64,000 nucleotides of DNA from the NCBI GenBank assembly GCA_965262635.1, contig OZ253547.1:3445514-3509513 (forward strand). The letters run 5' to 3'. The stretch comes from Candidatus Versatilivorator sp. Lineage in GTDB: Bacteria; Acidobacteriota; Terriglobia; Versatilivoradales; Versatilivoraceae. The notes under the pieces are model-generated. The model was given only the letters and a program-made list of their open reading frames with translations, was not told the origin of the DNA and searched no databases. How positions within the stretch are numbered: position 1 is the first letter of the stretch; each line of letters starts with the position of its first letter. The position numbers and the translations under genes were made by a program. Positions 7,763-16,139 of this stretch are shown in pieces.

Positions 7763-10700
7763 ATGGGCAGAGGAGCCTCGCTGATGTGGTTTCGCTTGGC
7801 CTTGGCGCTTTCGTTGCTATTGCTCCTGCCGCGGGGGACTGCCGCGGAGGAGACACCGAGAGAATTCTTCGAGAAAAGAATCCGTCCGGTTTTGGCCACT
7901 CACTGCACCTCCTGCCATGGTCCGGCCAGACAGGAATCGGGGCTCCGCCTGGATACCCGATCCTCCATGCTGAAGGGCGGCAGGTCGGGGCCGGTGGTGA
8001 AGCCCGGCCAACCACTCCAAAGTCGACTCTACCAGGCCGTCACCTATCGGGACCCGCAGTTGAAGATGCCGCCGCCGGGTCGTCTTCCGCCAACGGTTAT
8101 TGAGGACCTCCGGATCTGGATTGAAGCGGGAGCTCCCTGGCCCGAGTCGGAGCCAGCCCCAATTCCCGGAACGTTTCCCGAAGCGTTCGACCTTGCAGCT
8201 CGCAAGCAGCGATACCCCTGGATCTGGGAGACGCCGCGAAGCCAACCGGCGCCCTCCACCCGTAACAAACACTGGCCCCGGGATCCCATCGACCGGTTTC
8301 TGCTGGTCAAACTGGAGCAAAAAGGCCTGCGCCCCGCCCCACCCGTGGACCGCCGGACCTGGCTGCGCCGGGTTTCCTTTGCCTTGACGGGCCTGCCTCC
8401 CACGCCCGAGGAGCTCCAACGGTTCGTCAACGACGAACGACCTGCAGCCCATGCCCGGCAGGTGGATCGACTTCTGGCCTCGCCCCGTTTCGGCGAACGC
8501 TGGGCCCGGCATTGGATGGACTTGGTGCACTACGCCGAATCGCGCGGTCATGAAACAGACTTTCTCATCGCCAATGCCTTCCACTATCGGGACTACCTCA
8601 TCCGGGCCTTCAACCAAGATATTCCCTACCCGCAACTGGTTGCAGAGCACCTCGCGGGCGACCTGCTGCCGGCTCCCCGGCTGGATCCGGCCACCGGCTC
8701 CAATGAATCGGTCCTTGCCACCGGATGGCCCTTCTTCGGTGAGGAGGAGGATTCCCCGGTTGACCTGCGCCAAGATGAAATCGAACGACTCGACAACCGA
8801 ATCGATGTGGTGAGCAAAACCTTTCTTGGATTGACGGTATCCTGCGCCCGCTGCCATGACCACAAGTTCGACGCCATTTCTCAGCGGGACTACTACGCAC
8901 TGTTCGGATTCCTGCTGAGCTCCAGCTACCGACAGGCGCGCTTTCAATCCATGGAGCACAACCGGCAGGTGGCTCTCGAGTTGCAGACGCTCGCCGGAGC
9001 GTACCGGTCCCGGATTGTCAAAGCGGTGGGGCGGGCCCAGAAGCCGTATTTGCAACAAACGGCAGCCTACCTCATGGCAGTCCGGAAACTGATCGAAGCC
9101 GAAAGGGAAACCGGATGCCGCTTCGACGACGGCGGTTCGCTGCTGGAGTCGGTAGCCTGGCCCAGGCGCCTCGAGGTGAAGCTCCTGAGGCATTGGGCCG
9201 AGGCCGTCAAGAGCGCCTTGGGAAACACGGCCGACCCGCTGCATCCCATTGCCCGGGTGGTTCAGGATTGGAACCCCAGCCATCCTCAAGGCGTTTCAGC
9301 CGTCCTGAGGAAGGTGTTCGATCCCTGGAGAAAGCAACCCAGCCTGAAGGAGGTCTTGCAGGCATCGGACGCTCGGATCATTCTGGATTACTCGAAGTTG
9401 GGCCCGCGCGATTGGCGGGTGGACGGACCCGGCTTTGGCAGCGCTCCTCGAAGGGTCGGGGAGGTGCGATTGGGAAGGCGTTTGACCTCTCCCGTCGCCC
9501 GTGTATTCCACCATGCGGGCGCCCACAAGGACCCGGTCTGGGACGTCCTGAAGCTGTTGCCGGGAACCGAACGGGATCCCGAGCGCCTCCGGAACTGGGT
9601 GCGTGCCGGCCGCTCCCTGCGCACGCCCACCTTTACCCTGAAAACAGGTAAACTCTACTATCTGACCAGGGGGACGGGCCGGGTCTACGCCACCGTCGAT
9701 TCCTACACCCTGCAGGAAGGCCCTCTCTACGGGGAGCTGGCTCGCCGCTGGAAAGACGTTTCTGAGCTGCGCTGGATCGAGCAGGACCTGACCGATCACC
9801 GCGGCCATCGGGTTCACCTGGAGTTCAGCCCCGAAGGATCGGATGACCTGGAGATCGCCATGGTCATCGAAGCGGCACGCAAGCCCAATCCCTATGCGCC
9901 TCCCAACCAGCTCCTGATCAGCAGACTGGCAACCTGCCGCTCCCTGCCTTCCCTGGCCCGGACCTATCAAGAGCTGTTGCTGGAAGCTTCCGAGCGCCTG
10001 GCTGGGGACTCCATTGCCGGATCGCCCCAGTCCGCTTCATTTGCCCGGCTGGCCGACTGGTTGGTTCAGCACCCGGAAATCAGCCTGGGTCCACCTTCGG
10101 AACGGAAAAAGCGATTTCAGGCGCTGGACCCATTCTTCTCCGAGCAAAGAGAACTGTTCAGCCGGATTCAAACCGTCTCCGCCACCGCCCCTGCCCTGCT
10201 GGACGGCAATGGAATCGACCAGCCCCTGCTGCATCGGGGACAGGTCCTTCAGCCGGGTCCCCGAGTCCCGCGGAGATTCCTGGAATCCGTCGCCGGACCG
10301 GAACCGCTGGCGTCCAGCGGTGGCAGCGGCCGCCTGCAACTGGCCGAAGCCCTGACCGCTCCCTCCAACCCATTGCTGGCCCGGGTGTGGGTGAACCGGG
10401 TCTGGCACCATCTCTTTGGGCGGGGTATCGTGGCCTCGGTGGATAACTTCGGCTGGTTGGGGGAACGTCCCAGCCACCCGGAACTGCTGGACCATCTCTC
10501 CCACTGGTTCAGGGTAGAAGCAAGCGGTTCCCTCAAACATTTGATTCGCAGAATCCTGCTGTCGCAATCCTATCGAATGTCCAGCAAGCCATCGGGCCGT
10601 CTGGCCGCCCGGCTCGACCCCGAAAACCGGCTGTTGCATCGCATGAACCTGCGGCGGCTGGAGGGAGAAAGCATCCGGGATGCCGTCTTGGCAATCTCGG

Positions 10701-11206
10701 GACGTCTCAATCTGCAGATGTCCGGGCCTCCCGTGCAGGTTCACAAAGACGATGTCGTCCTGTTTCGAGGCGCTCCCAAAGAGCTGGGGCCCCCGGACGG
10801 AGACGGACGCCGCAGCGTTTACCTGGCTGCGCGGCGAAACTTTCTGTCCTCGCTGCTGCTGACCTTTGACGCACCCAAGCCCTTCGCCACGGTGGGACGG
10901 CGCAACGTTTCCAACGTTCCGGCCCAGTCCCTGGCTCTGATGAATCATCCCTTTTTCCAGGAGCAAGCCCGGAGGTGGGCCCGCCGGCTGGAGGAGACGG
11001 TTGGCGATCGATCTCCTGCCCTGCGCATCCGGCGGATGTACCTGGAGGCTTTTGCCAGGCCTCCCACCCCGGCTGAACTGAAGGCCTGCCTGAGATCGCT
11101 CGACCGGATGTCACGGCTGCTGAACCGTCCGACCCCCGGGCTATCGGTCTGGGAGGCGCTGAGCCACGCCCTTTTCAACGTGAAGGAATTGATCTATATT
11201 CGATAG
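7763..11206 (+). CDS. secreted PSCyt1/PSCyt2(DUF1549)/PSD1(DUF1553) multidomain protein
   Basis: 1147 aa; signal peptide; CTSCHGP (PSCyt1 haem-like motif), the DUF1549 block DPIDRFLLVKLEQKGL...LTGLPPTPEE and the DUF1553 block CARCHDHKFD. Confidence 0.9.
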   Translation: MGRGASLMWFRLALALSLLLLLPRGTAAEETPREFFEKRIRPVLATHCTSCHGPARQESGLRLDTRSSMLKGGRSGPVVKPGQPLQSRLYQAVTYRDPQLKMPPPGRLPPTVIEDLRIWIEAGAPWPESEPAPIPGTFPEAFDLAARKQRYPWIWETPRSQPAPSTRNKHWPRDPIDRFLLVKLEQKGLRPAPPVDRRTWLRRVSFALTGLPPTPEELQRFVNDERPAAHARQVDRLLASPRFGERWARHWMDLVHYAESRGHETDFLIANAFHYRDYLIRAFNQDIPYPQLVAEHLAGDLLPAPRLDPATGSNESVLATGWPFFGEEEDSPVDLRQDEIERLDNRIDVVSKTFLGLTVSCARCHDHKFDAISQRDYYALFGFLLSSSYRQARFQSMEHNRQVALELQTLAGAYRSRIVKAVGRAQKPYLQQTAAYLMAVRKLIEAERETGCRFDDGGSLLESVAWPRRLEVKLLRHWAEAVKSALGNTADPLHPIARVVQDWNPSHPQGVSAVLRKVFDPWRKQPSLKEVLQASDARIILDYSKLGPRDWRVDGPGFGSAPRRVGEVRLGRRLTSPVARVFHHAGAHKDPVWDVLKLLPGTERDPERLRNWVRAGRSLRTPTFTLKTGKLYYLTRGTGRVYATVDSYTLQEGPLYGELARRWKDVSELRWIEQDLTDHRGHRVHLEFSPEGSDDLEIAMVIEAARKPNPYAPPNQLLISRLATCRSLPSLARTYQELLLEASERLAGDSIAGSPQSASFARLADWLVQHPEISLGPPSERKKRFQALDPFFSEQRELFSRIQTVSATAPALLDGNGIDQPLLHRGQVLQPGPRVPRRFLESVAGPEPLASSGGSGRLQLAEALTAPSNPLLARVWVNRVWHHLFGRGIVASVDNFGWLGERPSHPELLDHLSHWFRVEASGSLKHLIRRILLSQSYRMSSKPSGRLAARLDPENRLLHRMNLRRLEGESIRDAVLAISGRLNLQMSGPPVQVHKDDVVLFRGAPKELGPPDGDGRRSVYLAARRNFLSSLLLTFDAPKPFATVGRRNVSNVPAQSLALMNHPFFQEQARRWARRLEETVGDRSPALRIRRMYLEAFARPPTPAELKACLRSLDRMSRLLNRPTPGLSVWEALSHALFNVKELIYIR

Positions 11207-11239
11207 TCGCCGACTGAAATCCAGACACAACCTGTCGGG

Positions 11240-12700
11240 GTGAACCTCTCAATGGACACCAGCCCCACACCGCTGTCCCGGCGCCAGATGCTTCGCTGCT
11301 GTTCCACGGGTTTCGGCGCCCTGGCCCTGTCGGCGCTCCTGGCCGATCCCACCTATGGAACCACCCTGCAAACGGGAACCAAGCCGGGCGGTGCCGCGGC
11401 TCCAAGGTTACCCCATTGGCGCCCCCGGGCTCGCAACGTCATCTTCCTCTACATGGAAGGGGGTGTTTCGCAGGTCGACAGCTTTGACTACAAGCCCCTC
11501 CTGAATCGCTACCACGGCCGGGCTCCTCACGAAGTCATCGGAGAGCTGGAGGCAACCCAGTTCCAGGAGGTGGGGTCCATCCTCCAATCGCCCTGGAACT
11601 TTCGCCGCCACGGCCAAAGCGGTCTGTGGGTGAGCGATCTCTTCCCGCACATTTCCCGGCAGGTCGATGACCTCTGCATCATTCACTCCCTCACCTCCAA
11701 GTTCCCGGAACACACCAGCGCCAATTATTTTCTGCACACCGGCGTCGGGATCCAGGGCCGGCCCAGCCTGGGGTCCTGGAGTGTCTACGGACTGGGCAGC
11801 GAAAACCGGAACCTTCCGGGGTTTGTCGTGCTGAACGGGGGCTTGATTCCCTCGGGCGGGATCGACTGTTTCACCAACGGGTTCCTTCCAGCGACGTATC
11901 AGGGCTCGTTGTTTCAGGCCAAGGATCCTCCGGTAGCCAACCTTCGATCCCACCAGAGTTTGCCCCGGCTCCAGTCGGCCAACAGGGACCTGGTGAGGGA
12001 TCTGGACCGGCTTTCGCTGCAGCAGATGGGAGAAACCGACGCCCTGGAGTCGGCCATCGCCAACTATGAGCTGGCTGCCCGCATGCAGATGGAGGTTCCC
12101 GGTCTGATGGACATCAGCCAGGAATCTCCATCGGTGCAACAACAATACGGCCTCGAAGAGGCCTATGAACCCACCCGTCAATTCGGCCGGCAATGCCTGA
12201 TTGCCCGGCGGCTGGTGGAACGGGGCGTCCGCTTTGTGGAGTTGACCTGTCCCAGTATCCCGGGGATCTCACGTTGGGACGCCCACGCTCAGCTCAGGAA
12301 AAACCACAGTCTGAACGCCTTGGCCACCGATCAGCCGATCTCGGCGCTGCTGACCGACTTGAAGCGCTGCGGCCTGCTGGAGGAAACCCTGGTCCTCTGG
12401 TCGGGTGAGTTCGGCCGCACGCCGTTTGCCCAGAAGGAGGACGGACGCGACCACAATGAGTTCGGATTCACCCTGTGGATGGCGGGTGGCGGGGTGCGGG
12501 GCGGACTGACCTACGGCAGGACCGACGAGTGGGGATACAAGGCGGTGGAGAACCGACTGGAGATGCATGACTTCCACGCAACCATCCTGCACCTTCTAGG
12601 GCTGGACCACACCCGACTGACCTATCGTTTTGGCGGACGGGATATGCGCCTGACCGATGTTTACGGAAGAGTTGTCAAGGAAATCCTGGCCTCCGCCTGA
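11240..12700 (+). CDS. DUF1501 domain protein (sulfatase-like fold), Tat-secreted partner of DUF1549/DUF1553 proteins
   Basis: 486 aa; twin-arginine signal SRRQMLRCCSTGFGALAL; conserved DUF1501 blocks. Confidence 0.9.
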   Translation: MNLSMDTSPTPLSRRQMLRCCSTGFGALALSALLADPTYGTTLQTGTKPGGAAAPRLPHWRPRARNVIFLYMEGGVSQVDSFDYKPLLNRYHGRAPHEVIGELEATQFQEVGSILQSPWNFRRHGQSGLWVSDLFPHISRQVDDLCIIHSLTSKFPEHTSANYFLHTGVGIQGRPSLGSWSVYGLGSENRNLPGFVVLNGGLIPSGGIDCFTNGFLPATYQGSLFQAKDPPVANLRSHQSLPRLQSANRDLVRDLDRLSLQQMGETDALESAIANYELAARMQMEVPGLMDISQESPSVQQQYGLEEAYEPTRQFGRQCLIARRLVERGVRFVELTCPSIPGISRWDAHAQLRKNHSLNALATDQPISALLTDLKRCGLLEETLVLWSGEFGRTPFAQKEDGRDHNEFGFTLWMAGGGVRGGLTYGRTDEWGYKAVENRLEMHDFHATILHLLGLDHTRLTYRFGGRDMRLTDVYGRVVKEILASA

Positions 12701-12734
12701 CCAGTGCCCCCTGCTGCTTCATGGCTCGCGACCC

Positions 12735-13145
12735 TGCCCTGCCGTGCGGATGATTCGAGGGAAAAAACCCAATCGTCAATAAAGACGAACCACGAATGAA
12801 CACGAATAAACACAAATAGACAAGAAAACACATGGACCTCCTTCAACGACAAACGGCACCAAAATGCTTCTGCAACTTTGTTACCTTGGTTTGACTTCGT
12901 GTCCTTCTTAGATAACCCCTCGATATCGGTTGTCGCACCCCCCAATCAACAATTCATCAATCAGTTTATTGGTGTTCATTCGTGTCCATTCGTGGTTCGC
13001 CGTTTTCCTTTGTGGATAACTCTTATCGGTCCTTGTTGCGTGTGTGGAAAACTCTTCCCCCTCCACAACCTTTGGCGGATCCCTCTTGAGCCTTCTCCAA
13101 CCCCTTAGTGGCCCTTCGTCGTTCTTCGTGCCCCTTCGTGGATAT
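12735..13145. repeat. Modular noncoding repeat cluster, family A locus 1 (R1 module 12735-12880 in reverse orientation; inverted partial R1 12960-13010; R2/R3 modules 13060-13145)
   Basis: Near-identical to modules at 35722-36620 and 33430-33709. R3 is a 10-13-bp CACGAAGGG(G/C) iteration and R2 is CTAAGGGGTTGGAGAAGGCTCAAGAGGGATCCGCCAAAGG. Confidence 0.7.
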
Positions 13146-13186
13146 CTTTTTTCCTTCATTGCTTGTTGGATTAATGCACGGCCGAC

Positions 13187-14155
13187 TTATTCCTTCTCAG
13201 CCAGGATTTGAGCCAACAACTCGGGATCGACGTTTCCGCCGCTGATCACGGTGACGCTCTGCCTGGCGGGCGGCAACTCGTGTTGATGGTAGAGGAAGGC
13301 GGCAAAGGGCACCGCACCGCTCGGCTCCACAACCAGCCGGGCGTCCAGCACCAGCCTCCTCAAGGCCTTGCGAATCTCCTCCTCGCTGACGGTGATGATA
13401 TCGTCCACGAAGGTCTGAATATGTTCGAAGGTGATGTCGCCGATCCGGGTGGCTCTCATGCCGTCGGCGATCGTTCTGCGGGTCTGTTCGATGGGAAGTT
13501 CCACAATCCGGCCGCTTCGCAAGCTGGCTTGAGCGTCGTTGGCCCACTCCGGCTCCACACCCACCACCTGAATGCCGGGGCGGCTAAGCTTCAAGGCCGC
13601 CGCCACTCCGCTGATGAGGCCCCCGCCGCCTATGGGAACCAGGACCAGTTCCACGTCGGGGAGATCCTGCAGGATCTCGAGACCCACCGTGGCCTGGCCG
13701 GCGATGATGGTCTCATCGTTAAAGGGCGGCACCATGGCCAGCCCCCGCTCGGCCGCCAGAGTTTCGGCTGCAATCCGCCACTCCTCTTCCCCTCCCTCCT
13801 CCACGGTGACGATCTCGGCGCCCAGGTCCAGGGTCTTGGCGCGTTTAATGGCGGGCGCCCGGGCCGGCATGACGATAACCGCCCGAATGCCCATGGCCCG
13901 GGCGGCGTAGGCCACACCTTGGGCGTGATTGCCGCTGGAAAAGGCGATCACGCCCTGCCGCCGCTGGTCCGGAGAGAGCGAGGCGATCTTGTTGTAGGCG
14001 CCGCGAAGCTTGAAGGCTCCCACGGGTTGGAAGCTCTCCGGTTTTGGATACGTCTGCCGGTCGCTGGAGAAGTCGGTATAGTGCACCAGTGGCGTGGTGA
14101 CCGCCACTCCCGCAATCCTGGCTTGGGCTGACTTGATGTCTTCCAGGGTGATCAT
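13187..14155 (-). CDS. threonine/serine dehydratase (PLP-dependent, PALP fold, no ACT regulatory domain)
   Basis: 322 aa; PLP lysine motif SFKLRGA-like (GAFKLRGA), glycine-rich loop GGGGLISG. Confidence 0.9.
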   Translation of the reverse strand: MITLEDIKSAQARIAGVAVTTPLVHYTDFSSDRQTYPKPESFQPVGAFKLRGAYNKIASLSPDQRRQGVIAFSSGNHAQGVAYAARAMGIRAVIVMPARAPAIKRAKTLDLGAEIVTVEEGGEEEWRIAAETLAAERGLAMVPPFNDETIIAGQATVGLEILQDLPDVELVLVPIGGGGLISGVAAALKLSRPGIQVVGVEPEWANDAQASLRSGRIVELPIEQTRRTIADGMRATRIGDITFEHIQTFVDDIITVSEEEIRKALRRLVLDARLVVEPSGAVPFAAFLYHQHELPPARQSVTVISGGNVDPELLAQILAEKE

Positions 14156-14269
14156 GGAGCCGCTTCCTCTTGCGTGTCCCCACTTGCGGCTGTTCGGCTG
14201 GCTGGATGAAGCCGCTACGGCGTTCCCCTGATGTCGGACTCGGGAATCACCAGGGGTGCCCCAGAGTTG

Positions 14270-14944
14270 TCAATCGGCTGCAAAGCAATAGAAATAGCCG
14301 TTGCCTCCGGTACCTTGCAGGTTGGCTTGACTGCAACCCCGAGAACCGTGAGAGGAGTTCCAGGAGGTCGGCTTGGAGCCGCCGCCAATCCGGTCGTGGT
14401 GGCCGACCTGGGCGCTGCCCTCGCCGTTTCCGGTCCAGTTCCGGCAGGTGTGGTCTTCGCCGTCAGTGAAGGCAGTGCCGTCCTCCTGGGTGCCGGTCAG
14501 GATGTCATGCTGGTTGGGAGTGTCCCCCCGGCCGTTGACCGCCTCGCCCTTCTCGCTAAGTGAATTCTCCTTGCTCAGCTTGTTGTTCTCCGAGTGCAAA
14601 TCGGCGACATCCCCGGCAACCTGGACACCCTTGGCGTTGTACCAGGGGCCGGAGCCGATTCGGTCGCGAGCATTGATCGCAGGCTCGTCTCCGGAAGGGC
14701 TGGCGCTCAGGTAGGCCCGCCAGCTCCGGTTGCCTGCTCCCGCGGCTTCAGCCAACTCCTGACAGTGGGCATCGGCGCCGGCCAAGCCGCCCAGGTTGGC
14801 CCCGTCACCAGGACCGCTGCTGGTGATGAAGAAGCTCAATTCCGTTTTCTCCTCGCTTGCCGGCTCTGTTGCCTTGGGCGGTTCCGGAGGGGAGGCACAG
14901 CCCCCTGACATCACCAACGCCATAATCAGCACCGTTTTCTTCAT
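14270..14944 (-). CDS. putative lipoprotein, Gly/Ser/Asn-rich, unknown function
   Basis: 224 aa; signal peptide with lipobox LVMSGGC; conserved Cys/Trp pattern but no recognised family. Confidence 0.5.
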   Translation of the reverse strand: MKKTVLIMALVMSGGCASPPEPPKATEPASEEKTELSFFITSSGPGDGANLGGLAGADAHCQELAEAAGAGNRSWRAYLSASPSGDEPAINARDRIGSGPWYNAKGVQVAGDVADLHSENNKLSKENSLSEKGEAVNGRGDTPNQHDILTGTQEDGTAFTDGEDHTCRNWTGNGEGSAQVGHHDRIGGGSKPTSWNSSHGSRGCSQANLQGTGGNGYFYCFAAD

Positions 14945-15073
14945 GGTCCTCCCCTTTCACTCGCCCGGACGTGGGCGGAATCCATTGTGACTTCAGTTGC
15001 TTACCCTGGATGCATTCTATATGACCTGCCTGTCGCGGCGAAACCCTGCGGCGTGAAAAAGAGGGACCTCCAA

Positions 15074-15119
15074 GTCATTGCCGGCTACAAACCCGTGTCA
15101 TTGCCGGCTACAAACCCGT
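15074..15119. repeat. Perfect 23-bp tandem duplication (GTCATTGCCGGCTACAAACCCGT x2)
   Basis: Seen directly in sequence. Confidence 0.85.
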
Positions 15120-16010
15120 GGGAAGAGGTGGGGCCCGCATTTCCCGCCGGGCGTGGTGCACTCTTGAGAAGAGTGCAGGGAGCGAGGCGAGTGCAACGCT
15201 TGAGAAGAGTGTAGGATGGCGAAGAAATTTCCCCTTCATCAGGCGCTCCCGACCGAAGAACATCGCAGGACACCACGTTCGAGGGGCCCGTGCGGGCCAG
15301 AGACAAGCCAGAGCAGTCGCGGCACCCTCCGTAACCGCAAGACACCAGAACCTGGCCCATAGAGGGCTGAAGAAAAACTGCCTTTACAGCGATGTATCCA
15401 GCGGCTCGCTGAGAAATGCAGGGCACAAGACGACGTTTTTCCAGGGCGCACTGAGTCATCCGGATTAGGCCTGTTTTTCAGGGGCTTTCTCGGATATCAT
15501 CTTTAGTGTTGATTCTGTGTAAATTTGCGAAGATTGCGTGTGCACGCTTTTGCCGTGAGGAAGGGGACGGGGGAAGAGCCCACTGAATAAGTGAACTCAT
15601 GAACTTATATCGATTTTGTCTTGGCTTGAGCGCCCTGCTTGTCTTCTCCAGTCCGCTCGCCGCCCAGAGGTTGGACAACACCCGCTACTATGTTAGCGGG
15701 CACGTCCTCTTCCCACACGCCTCGACCTGTCTAAGGGCAGTGATCGGACGATCATGAGCCCGGACGACTTTCCGTTGGCCAATCGAGGTGTGCCGGTCGC
15801 GTTTTTCTCCCAACTCTACCAATTTTGGTAGGGACTGGGAGGCGCAATTACAATATACTGACCCAGAACGCCTTAACGTCAAAAATACCGTCGCGGCGGC
15901 ATCCAGGTGACCGCAATAAAGCTGCGAGTCATGGTCCTGTGCATCCCGCGGTTGTGGAAAATCAGAGTTAAGGTCCGAGCATGCAAGGAAAATTCACCGA
16001 TTTAATAATT

Positions 16011-16035
16011 TAGTTGCACGTAAGGTAGTTGCACG
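16011..16035 (+). promoter_or_regulatory. Direct repeat TAGTTGCACG x2 (15-bp spacing) ~105-130 bp upstream of the TonB-dependent receptor gene; candidate operator/promoter element
   Basis: Seen in sequence inside an AT-richer stretch of an otherwise gene-free 1.2 kb leader. Confidence 0.3.
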
Positions 16036-16139
16036 AAGGTAAAGTTACCGTATAGTAGATGCAAATTTTTCGGTATGGCAACGTAAACGGGTCTACTGTA
16101 CCGTTCTCGTTTTTTAAACCAACAGTCATCCCAGAGTAG

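Noticed and set aside
12661-12945. ORFs within repeat family A (12661-12945 minus, 36283-36597 plus) giving similar peptides (FVFIRVHSWFVFI...)
   Set aside because: The similarity is nucleotide-level repeat identity in noncoding intergenic modules. There are no starts or RBS, and the units occur in both orientations.
12735-13145. Possible CRISPR array formed by the CACGAAGGG / CACAAAAAG iterations
   Set aside because: The units are 10-13 bp with no regular spacers of 28-40 bp and no cas genes, and the iterations are imperfect and mixed with other modules.
15460-16139. Cobalamin or other riboswitch in the long leader of the TonB-dependent receptor
   Set aside because: No B12 box (GCCACTG-like) or other recognisable riboswitch core could be found by eye. 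It is left as an open possibility in the findings only.
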